From positions 4,896,001 to 4,960,000 of the forward strand of contig OZ244587.1 in NCBI GenBank assembly GCA_965218095.1: a stretch of 64,000 nt of DNA, in the 5' to 3' direction. Shown here piece by piece: positions 1 through 7,828 of the stretch (the first letter of the stretch is position 1; every line of letters starts with the position of its first letter). The position numbers and the translations under genes are program-made. This DNA is from Candidatus Poribacteria bacterium (GTDB lineage: Bacteria; Poribacteria; WGA-4E; PCPOR2b). The notes beneath the pieces were generated by a model. The model was not told the origin of the DNA, ran no database searches, and was given only the letters and a program-made list of their open reading frames with translations.

Positions 1-1
1 G

Positions 2-1270
2 GGACAGGTCTTTGAGGAGCTGCTCCGCCGATTCTCAGAGATGTCCAACGAAACCAGTGGGGAACACTACACGCCGCGGGATGTTGTGCGGTTATTGGTC
101 TCTCTGCTGTTTGCAGAACACCATGAAGATCTGCGCGGGCAGGGAGTTATCCGCAGTATCTTTGATCCGTGTTGCGGGACGGGCGGCATGTTGACAATTG
201 GGAAGGAATACTTCCGTGAACACATCAACCCCTTAGCCGATCTCCGGCTGTTGGGTCAGGAACTGAACGCGCAGACCTACGCGATCTGCAAGTCGGATAT
301 GCTCATTACCGGAGAGAACCCCGATAATATTCAACTCGGCTCCTGCCTCTCCGAGGACCAGTTTCAAGGGGAACGATTCGATTATATGATAACAAATCCG
401 CCCTTTGGCGTCAGTTGGAAATCTGAGGAAGGGGCGGTGAAAGCGGAAGCGCAGACCGCCAACGGCAGATTCTCAGTCGGTACGCCTCGCTCCTCCGATG
501 GGGCGTTGCTGTTCCTGCAACACATGCTCTCCAAGATGGAGGACGGTGGAAGTCGAGTTGGAATTGTCTTTAATGGTTCGCCGCTCTTTACGGGTGATGC
601 CGGCAGCGGTGAGAGTGAAATCCGACGCTGGATCATTGAAAACGACTGGCTGGAGTGCATTATCGCGCTGCCCGATAAGTTGTTCTTCAACACCAGTATC
701 TCTACCTATATCTGGATCTTAACGAATCGAAAATCAGCGGCACGACAAGGCAGGGTACAACTGATCAACGCCGTTGACTTCTACGATAAGATGAAAAGGA
801 ATCTCGGAGACAAGGGGGTTTTCATCTCCGATACCCATATCCATCAACTGGTGGAACTCTACACCAACTTTGAGGAAACCGAGCACTCCAAAATCTATCC
901 AAACGACTTTTTCGGCTACACCAAAGTGACGGTTGAGAGACCGCTCGTCGAAAAGCGTGAGATTCTGGGCGAGGAGAGGGAGGTCGTCCTCCGGGACAAG
1001 CGAGGCAATCCGAAACCGGATCCCGCACTGCGAAACTATGAGCGCGTCCCCCTCACAGAGGAGATTGATGATTATTACCAACGAGAGGTCAAACCGCACC
1101 TGCCGGACAGTTGGCTAGACAGAAAGAAGGATAAGGTGGGCTACGAAATCAACCTCAATCGGTATTTCTATCAGTACACGCCGCTGCGCTCGTTGAAGGA
1201 GATTGCCGATGAAATGCTGGCACTTGAACGGAAAAGTGAAGGCTTGTTGAATGAGGTGTTGACGTTGTAA
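2..1270 (+). CDS. hsdM: Type I restriction-modification methyltransferase subunit M (5'-truncated by window edge)
   Basis: The frame is open from base 2 (GQVFEELLRRFSEM). GEHYTPR, the FDPCCGTGGM SAM-binding motif and the NPPF catalytic motif are present. Confidence 0.95.
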   Translation, partial: GQVFEELLRRFSEMSNETSGEHYTPRDVVRLLVSLLFAEHHEDLRGQGVIRSIFDPCCGTGGMLTIGKEYFREHINPLADLRLLGQELNAQTYAICKSDMLITGENPDNIQLGSCLSEDQFQGERFDYMITNPPFGVSWKSEEGAVKAEAQTANGRFSVGTPRSSDGALLFLQHMLSKMEDGGSRVGIVFNGSPLFTGDAGSGESEIRRWIIENDWLECIIALPDKLFFNTSISTYIWILTNRKSAARQGRVQLINAVDFYDKMKRNLGDKGVFISDTHIHQLVELYTNFEETEHSKIYPNDFFGYTKVTVERPLVEKREILGEEREVVLRDKRGNPKPDPALRNYERVPLTEEIDDYYQREVKPHLPDSWLDRKKDKVGYEINLNRYFYQYTPLRSLKEIADEMLALERKSEGLLNEVLTL

Positions 1271-1295
1271 GGTCAGGACTTACACACTTCAGATT

Positions 1296-1392
1296 GTAGG
1301 GAACGCAGATCTGCGTTCCCTACTTACCCATAGAAAGGGGCATAGGCACAAGGAATCAGGCGTATGTAGGGACTAACATCGCTAGTCTCCAC
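1296..1392. repeat. GTAG-type REP-like palindromes
   Basis: Perfect 28-bp palindrome GTAGGGAACGCAGATCTGCGTTCCCTAC at 1296-1323 and an imperfect GTAG-led hairpin at 1366-1392. Confidence 0.7.
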
Positions 1393-1593
1393 GAATCAAA
1401 AGTACAACGCTGAAAAATGAGATAAGCGATTCTAGGCTAATACAGGCTAATACAGGCTAATGAGCTGCGGGCACTAGAGAAGCATCACCGATAACTGGAA
1501 TCTCAGGCAGCGAGCGGATTCAACGCCGGGTATGACAGTCTGAAATCTACAATTTCAACTTTTAGCCTAAAAGAGCAAGAGGAGAGAGTCACT

Positions 1594-1878
1594 ATGCCAT
1601 ATACCAATTATACCTCCAAAGAGGTTGCATCACGGGGGGAAGCAATCTATAGGCGAGAGATACGTGACAAAGTTGAGCCGAAGCACAAAGGCAAGTTTTT
1701 GGTCATTGACATCGAAACGGGTGAATACGAAATGAATGCCGACGATTTGGTAGCCACGAAACGTCTTCTTGCCAAGCATCCCAATGCTGTCGTTTACGGC
1801 TTACAAATCGGCTTTCCAACCGCTTATCGAATCGGCGGACACTTTAAGGAAATGAGGGAGAGCATAATTATCGTCTGA
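1594..1878 (+). CDS. Small DUF5678-like protein
   Basis: RBS GAGGAG. The pattern GEAIY...HKGKFLVIDIETGEYE...IG matches this small-protein family. Confidence 0.7.
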   Translation: MPYTNYTSKEVASRGEAIYRREIRDKVEPKHKGKFLVIDIETGEYEMNADDLVATKRLLAKHPNAVVYGLQIGFPTAYRIGGHFKEMRESIIIV

Positions 1879-1924
1879 ATCACAGATTAAACAGATGAAA
1901 CGGAAAACACGGATTAGTCCAATT

Positions 1925-2099
1925 GGGCAACCACGAGGGTTGCCCCTACGGAGGAGGACCCCATGTAGGGGCAGGTCTTGTGCCTGCCCGCAACAACTGT
2001 TGACGCTCATGTTAAGAATTAGTGCAACAGCACCGATTTGCCTCAAAAACCGTAGGCGGGGCATCCCCGGTCACGGGATCCTCTCGGACTTGCCCCGCC
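1925..2099. repeat. Cluster of GTAG/CTAC-bounded REP-like hairpins
   Basis: GGGCAACC-ACGAG-GGTTGCCC-CTAC at 1925-1949, GTAG-GGGCAGG...CCTGCCC at 1965-1989, GTAG-GCGGGGCA...TGCCCCGCC at 2052-2099. Confidence 0.7.
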
Positions 2100-2192
2100 C
2101 TCAACGCCTTCACCGTAATTGCACTCCGTTTTTACATGAGCCACTGTTGATTTTGGAAAATCGACCTACAGAAGTGAAAAAGGGGACAAATT

Positions 2193-3458
2193 ATGATTAC
2201 CGAACTCAGGGCGCAAAATTTCAAGTCATGGCAGGATACCGGTGCGCTACACCTCGCCCCATTGACTGGGCTTTTCGGCGCGAATAGCTCCGGCAAAACC
2301 AGTATCTTGCAGGTACTACTGATGCTTAAACAGACCGTAGAACGTCCACCAGATTGGAATGAGCCACTCTACTTTGGTAATGAAGAGTCGCTGGTCAACT
2401 TAGGTAACTTTGGCACTGTTATCCACAAGCACAAACAGGATTTAAGTCTTGACATTTCTGTGTCGTGGAAGTCTTCTACAGTTGCAGATATTAATAAATA
2501 TATTAGATTTCACAGTTTGAAGTTTCCGTCTCATGTAGAAATGCTGCCTCCGAGTCAAGGAGATCGAGATCGATCGGAAGAGATTTCTTTTTCAACCGAT
2601 ATTGTCCGGGGTGCCGTGAATAATTTTTATTATAAAACTGATCTATATAAATTTGATGGTCAGCAACCAGGTCTATTTCGGTGTTACGGGCTTCGCACTG
2701 CACGAACCCAAATTATGGAAATTTCTTCCAGATTTGAAGAGGCTTTTGAAAACCTATTCTCTCGAATCCTTTACCTCGGCCCGCTCCGAGAATATCCCCG
2801 ACGCCATTACCCTTGGGAAGGCGACCATCCAAAAGGCATCGGACAGTATGGAGAAAAGACAACTTCCGCCCTGCTCTCCGGGCGCATCCGACGCCTTCCT
2901 GTTGACGAGCAGATACCGAAATGGTTACAACGGTTGGAGTTGATCGACTCCTATGACGTTCAACCTGTCTCTGATACAGGAGGGGATTACGAATTACTTG
3001 TCAAACAGCACAAAGGCGGTCCCGAAGTCCCACTAACAGATGTTGGCTTCGGCGTTTCTCAAGTTCTACCTGTGCTGATTCTTTGCTATTACGCTCCTGA
3101 GGGCTCAATCCTCATTCTTGAGCATCCTGAAGCGCATCTGCATCCGAAAGTGCAGTCAGAGTTGGCAGATGTTCTGATTGATGTCGTGAAGAATCGGAAC
3201 ATACAGATTATCCTTGAGAGCCACAGTGAGCATCTGCTGCTACGCTTGATGCGCCGGATTGCTGAGGAAGAAATTTCGGCGGATGACACGGCACTCTATT
3301 TCTGCCAAATCAACGACGGCACATCCGAAATTGAACGCCTCAACATAGACGAATACGGCAACATCCGGAATTGGCCTCAAAACTTCTTTGGCGATGAGAT
3401 GGGCGATCTGGTGGAAAAGACGAAAGCCGAAATGCAGCGGCGGAAAGTGATTGAATAA
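2193..3458 (+). CDS. ABC/AAA_21-type ATPase with C-terminal DUF3696
   Basis: NFKS start, Walker A GANSSGKT, signature-like DVGFGVSQ, Walker B ILILEHPEAHLHP, ESHS H-loop, WPQNFF tail. Confidence 0.9.
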   Translation: MITELRAQNFKSWQDTGALHLAPLTGLFGANSSGKTSILQVLLMLKQTVERPPDWNEPLYFGNEESLVNLGNFGTVIHKHKQDLSLDISVSWKSSTVADINKYIRFHSLKFPSHVEMLPPSQGDRDRSEEISFSTDIVRGAVNNFYYKTDLYKFDGQQPGLFRCYGLRTARTQIMEISSRFEEAFENLFSRILYLGPLREYPRRHYPWEGDHPKGIGQYGEKTTSALLSGRIRRLPVDEQIPKWLQRLELIDSYDVQPVSDTGGDYELLVKQHKGGPEVPLTDVGFGVSQVLPVLILCYYAPEGSILILEHPEAHLHPKVQSELADVLIDVVKNRNIQIILESHSEHLLLRLMRRIAEEEISADDTALYFCQINDGTSEIERLNIDEYGNIRNWPQNFFGDEMGDLVEKTKAEMQRRKVIE

Positions 3459-3964
3459 TGGCGGTGATTGTAGATACAAATGTCGCTTTGGTCGCTAGTG
3501 GATGGTCAGAGCACGCATCTGAGGATTGTGTGGCAACCTGTGCTGAGAGACTTGGACAGATTAACAACGGTGAAGTGAAATTAGCGTTGGATGATCAACG
3601 GCGAATCATTGATGAATACCGGGGACAACTGAATCCGGATGGTCAGCCGGGTATCGGCGATGTGTTTCTTAAATGGGTAGAAATGAATTGGGCAAACCCT
3701 GATCGGTGTGACTTGGTTGCGATTACGCCTGTCGATGGTTCAGAAAATGAGTTTGAAGAGTTCCCAGACGATCCGGCATTGAATGATTTCGATTCAGATG
3801 ATCGGAAATTTATCGCGGTTGCAGTTGCCCATTCAGAGAACCCACCTATCCTACAAGCGGTGGATAGTCAGTGGTGGGATTTCCGTGATGCTCTCCGTCG
3901 GAATGGTGTGACAGTGGTGTTTATTTGCGAAACTGACATTCAACGGTTACGCGGGGGTAGTTGA
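3458..3964 (+). CDS. PIN-like domain protein coupled to the ATPase
   Basis: N-terminal VIVDTNV, then DSDDRKFIAVA and AVDS acidic motifs. TAATG overlap with the ATPase stop. Confidence 0.75.
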   Translation: MAVIVDTNVALVASGWSEHASEDCVATCAERLGQINNGEVKLALDDQRRIIDEYRGQLNPDGQPGIGDVFLKWVEMNWANPDRCDLVAITPVDGSENEFEEFPDDPALNDFDSDDRKFIAVAVAHSENPPILQAVDSQWWDFRDALRRNGVTVVFICETDIQRLRGGS

Positions 3965-4006
3965 ACGAAGGCTTGCTGAATAAAGGACAACGGTGAGGTA
4001 AATTAA

Positions 4007-6496
4007 ATGAACAACATTCGTGTCGATATACGCCTTCGACCCATTCGGTTCGGATTTTTGGTTCGTCCAGATGACAAGGAAAAGGTACTTGAGATTTTCC
4101 GTATCAATACATGTTTGTGGGGCGGCATATTCAATCCCATTATCCCTTTGTTTGAATCTGTACCATTTTGGCTGGAAGAAGAGGGTTTTCGTTTTGAGAA
4201 TCCCAAGCAAATCATCAGAGATTACCTAGATTTCTTTGAACCCGACTTCCTTGTTGAGGCAGAAGAAGGGTTAGCAGAAGGATTCGACTTTGACCCAGAA
4301 AGGGTACGGCTACTTGCAGATATGATAGAAGAGCCAGGAGGGAATTACGCACATAGATATGGATTAAGCGTCTATGGGATCTATCAGGATTTATATACAA
4401 AAGCATTTCAGTTTGAGCAACGTCACAAAAATCCGGTTGTTCACGTACAACCAGCCGATGCAGCTTTCACAAATTTCGCTGCGGCTCATTTCGGAAGCTT
4501 TCCAACTCAAGAACGGCTTAGGTATTTTGAACATAACTACAAAGGTATATTCAATCCAAAACAGATAGTATTGGATGCTGCTGCGTTCTCAGAACTATAT
4601 CAATCCGGGTATAGTTCTGCCCTAGAAATGGGTCGTGCAAAACTTCGGGTAGGTTATAATGCACCGCTGTTGTCTACATTATTCATATTAGATCCGCATG
4701 AGTCAAAAGATCTAGTCAATTTCTGGAATTTGCGGGCAATACATCAACATGTTCTTGCGGTCCCTATTCAATGGATTGAAGAGCTTTCACCTTTCTGTAA
4801 AAAATTCATTCGGGATAATTATCGCCGTCAGCCTGATGACCCAGGCGGGAAAATGGTTGGTCCTGTCTTAATGTTTTCACGCTCTCTATCTGAGGGGGAC
4901 GTAGAAGAAATAGTAGGAAATTGCTCTTTTGTTGAGGAGGGGGATGTTTACACAATACAAAGATGGGCTCCAACCATCTGGTATAAGTTGTCAGAACAGG
5001 TTGCTAGCCCTACCCGTCCAACCTTAGAAGCCGACAGGAAAACCATGAATTTACCTATTGATGGAGATAATCCTGAAATTCGATTTGATCTTCTCTTTCC
5101 AGAGTTCATCATCAGTGAATATAATCTATATCGTGTGGCAAATGTTGTCAGGTTGCAAGATTGGAGCAATGAAGATTACGTTGCCAGAGTACGCGATAGA
5201 ATCGACAATGATCAAATAGCCACAGTTTTTCCGTGTAATTATAAAAATCCTGCTGTTCCCAAATTCCAACCCGAATTCCTGCAGGAAGAGCAGTATCTTT
5301 TGTCCACTACTGAAGGTTTAGTTATTTTTCCTTATAGGGAGAATTTTTCTGAATTGTGGAATTTAGTTGATGGAACCACGGCATTCAATCAATGGTTGAC
5401 AGCTAAACAAGTGCCTGCCATTCGTTCTGATGCGGGGAGAGCAACACAACAGATCATTCAGACATTGGGAGGTTTGCAGCAGGGTGTTCTCTGCCTAGCA
5501 CATAAAGGTGTTATTGAATTACTCGACGAAATGACAAGAAAACTCACCAAGTCCTTCCATTGTCAGAAATTTCGGAGCAAGATCCGTAACGCGGTCAATA
5601 ACGAGAGATTGAAAGACAGAACTTTTGAGATATTGGTCAGGCAGAAGGCTGTTGAACTTGGATTAGAACTTAAATGTAGCAAGTGCAGTAAGTGGAGTTG
5701 GTATTCAGTAAACCAACTTGATTACTCACTAATCTGCAATTTCTGTTTTAAGCCGTTTGATTTTCCTATTATTGCCCCTACAGATAAAAAACATTCCAAA
5801 TGGGCTTATCGTGTCGTAGGACCGTTTGCTCTACCTAAATACGCTGATGGGGGGTATGCTGCCGCCCTAGCTATCCATTTCTTTACAGATGTTATAGGTG
5901 GATTCGATCAAGCAGGAGTAACTTGGTCGTCTGCTCAAGAACTGAAGTTAAACACAGATAAAAAGGTCGAAGCTGATTTTATGTTATGGTATCGGCGCAA
6001 AGAGATTTTTGGAACGGAGCGGTCGTTTTTTGGAAATGGTTTGCCTATTTTTGGAATAGATCGACCTACCGAAACGGTGTTCGGCGAAGCTAAGAGTTTC
6101 GGTAGGCGCGGCGAGGATGTTTTTGAGCAAGATAATGTTGATAGAATGAAATTATTGGCGAAAAAGTTTCCGGGGTCTATATTGGTATTTGCTACGATGA
6201 AAGAAGAACTTTCTCAGGAAGAAGTTGACCGCATCAAAGAACTAGCGGAATGGGGACGGGAATATGATCCGGAAAAGAGACAAACGCGCGCGCCAGTGAT
6301 AGTGCTTACCGGGACAGAGTTGTTCTCGACAGGCTCTTTAAATACTTCATGGGAAAAAAAAGGGGGAAAGCACAAGGAGTTGATTGATCGAGCATGGCCA
6401 GGCAGGCATAATCTGAGATTCTTGGCAGACCTTACACAACATGTATATTTGGAAATGCCACCGTATGGATCGACTATGACTCAACTAATAAGATGA
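4007..6496 (+). CDS. Large hypothetical protein with Zn ribbon and C-terminal PD-(D/E)XK-like nuclease motif
   Basis: 829 aa, visibly AT-rich. CSKC...CNFC zinc ribbon and an EADF...GEAKS motif. Confidence 0.7.
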   Translation: MNNIRVDIRLRPIRFGFLVRPDDKEKVLEIFRINTCLWGGIFNPIIPLFESVPFWLEEEGFRFENPKQIIRDYLDFFEPDFLVEAEEGLAEGFDFDPERVRLLADMIEEPGGNYAHRYGLSVYGIYQDLYTKAFQFEQRHKNPVVHVQPADAAFTNFAAAHFGSFPTQERLRYFEHNYKGIFNPKQIVLDAAAFSELYQSGYSSALEMGRAKLRVGYNAPLLSTLFILDPHESKDLVNFWNLRAIHQHVLAVPIQWIEELSPFCKKFIRDNYRRQPDDPGGKMVGPVLMFSRSLSEGDVEEIVGNCSFVEEGDVYTIQRWAPTIWYKLSEQVASPTRPTLEADRKTMNLPIDGDNPEIRFDLLFPEFIISEYNLYRVANVVRLQDWSNEDYVARVRDRIDNDQIATVFPCNYKNPAVPKFQPEFLQEEQYLLSTTEGLVIFPYRENFSELWNLVDGTTAFNQWLTAKQVPAIRSDAGRATQQIIQTLGGLQQGVLCLAHKGVIELLDEMTRKLTKSFHCQKFRSKIRNAVNNERLKDRTFEILVRQKAVELGLELKCSKCSKWSWYSVNQLDYSLICNFCFKPFDFPIIAPTDKKHSKWAYRVVGPFALPKYADGGYAAALAIHFFTDVIGGFDQAGVTWSSAQELKLNTDKKVEADFMLWYRRKEIFGTERSFFGNGLPIFGIDRPTETVFGEAKSFGRRGEDVFEQDNVDRMKLLAKKFPGSILVFATMKEELSQEEVDRIKELAEWGREYDPEKRQTRAPVIVLTGTELFSTGSLNTSWEKKGGKHKELIDRAWPGRHNLRFLADLTQHVYLEMPPYGSTMTQLIR

Positions 6497-6523
6497 ATTG
6501 GAAGAATCTGAGGTGTTGGAATT

Positions 6524-7825
6524 ATGAAGCGTTATCCTGAATATAAAACGAGTGGTGTGGAGTGGGTTGGGAAAATACCGCACCATTGGAGGTTAAGCAG
6601 AATTGACTCCCTTTTTTTTCGGAGAAGAGAAAAAAATACCAACATCATTAGCGACAACATCTTGTCTGTCCTAAAGGATCGCGGGGTCATTCGTTATGAA
6701 GATAAAGGAAACATCGGTAACAAGGTTTCTGAGAAAATTGAAAACTATCAACTTGTATATGCCGGTGACATAGTTGTAAATAACATGAATGTCACTATCG
6801 GGTCTGTAGGAAGGTCAGACCAATTTGGGGCTTTGTCAGGGATTTATATTGTTCTTGCCCCCAAAAGGGATAATGTTGACATGGGTTACTACGAATATGT
6901 ATTCAAAATAAAACCTTTCCAAAAAAGTCTGATTCAAATATCATCAGGTTTGATGGAAATTCGTGAATCTCTAAATTTCATCGAGTTCAAAACTCTAAAA
7001 CTACCAACACCACCATTCTCTGAACAAACCCAAATCGCCAACTTCCTCGATTGCAAGACGGGACAGATTGATGAGCTCATCCGCATCAAAGAACGACAGG
7101 TAGAACTGCTGCACGAACAACGAACTGTCCTGATAAATCAGGTAGTGACGAAGGGACTTGACCCGAATGTGGAGATGAAACCGTCGGAGGTGGAGTGGAT
7201 TGGGGAGATACCGAAGCATTGGACTCTTACAAGATTGAAGTATGTTTCCAACATCCCGGTGACTTATGGTCTTAATATTGAGGCTGATAGATATAACACA
7301 GAAGGAATCAGATTGATAAGAATTACTGATATTGATGAAAGTGGAGGTCTCCGTCAGAAAGGGGTTTATCTGCCTGAAGACTGCGTTCCTCAAGAGCAGA
7401 TGCTTAATAGTTATGATTTGCTTTTGTCTCGTAGTGGAGCAACAGTGGGAAAATCTTATCTACACTTTGAAGAAGGAAAATACACTAGTGCAGGCTATCT
7501 CGTTAGGTTTAACTTCGGTGATTATTGTACATCGAAATTTATCTACTATGTGACACTATCACATTTTTATAGAAATTGGCTTGAGCAGCAGATAATCATC
7601 TCGACAATCCAGAATGTCAATGGCGAAAAGTATTCAAATTTCCAACTCCCTATTCCTTTGCACCAAGAACGGAAACAAATCGTTGCCTTCCTTGACTCCA
7701 AGACACAACAGATTGACGAACTGATAACCGCGGAGCAGCGAAAAATTAAACTCCTTAAAGAATACCGTCAATCCCTCATCTCCGAAGCGGTGACCGGCAA
7801 GATAGATGTCCGAAGCGAGGTTTAG
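6524..7825 (+). CDS. hsdS: Type I R-M specificity subunit S
   Basis: YPEYKTSGVEWVGKIPHHW, EQTQIANFLD, KPSEVEWIGEIPKHW and SLISEAVTGKID conserved blocks flank two target-recognition domains. Confidence 0.95.
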   Translation: MKRYPEYKTSGVEWVGKIPHHWRLSRIDSLFFRRREKNTNIISDNILSVLKDRGVIRYEDKGNIGNKVSEKIENYQLVYAGDIVVNNMNVTIGSVGRSDQFGALSGIYIVLAPKRDNVDMGYYEYVFKIKPFQKSLIQISSGLMEIRESLNFIEFKTLKLPTPPFSEQTQIANFLDCKTGQIDELIRIKERQVELLHEQRTVLINQVVTKGLDPNVEMKPSEVEWIGEIPKHWTLTRLKYVSNIPVTYGLNIEADRYNTEGIRLIRITDIDESGGLRQKGVYLPEDCVPQEQMLNSYDLLLSRSGATVGKSYLHFEEGKYTSAGYLVRFNFGDYCTSKFIYYVTLSHFYRNWLEQQIIISTIQNVNGEKYSNFQLPIPLHQERKQIVAFLDSKTQQIDELITAEQRKIKLLKEYRQSLISEAVTGKIDVRSEV

Positions 7826-7828
7826 ACC

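Noticed and set aside
1456-1482. Weak resemblance (ANELRALEK) to the hsdM tail (ADEMLALER).
   Set aside because: Too short and divergent to separate from chance.
1895-2287. 130-aa ORF upstream of the ATPase, and the many antisense ORFs in the track.
   Set aside because: It runs through REP hairpins, and the others are shadows of well-supported genes.
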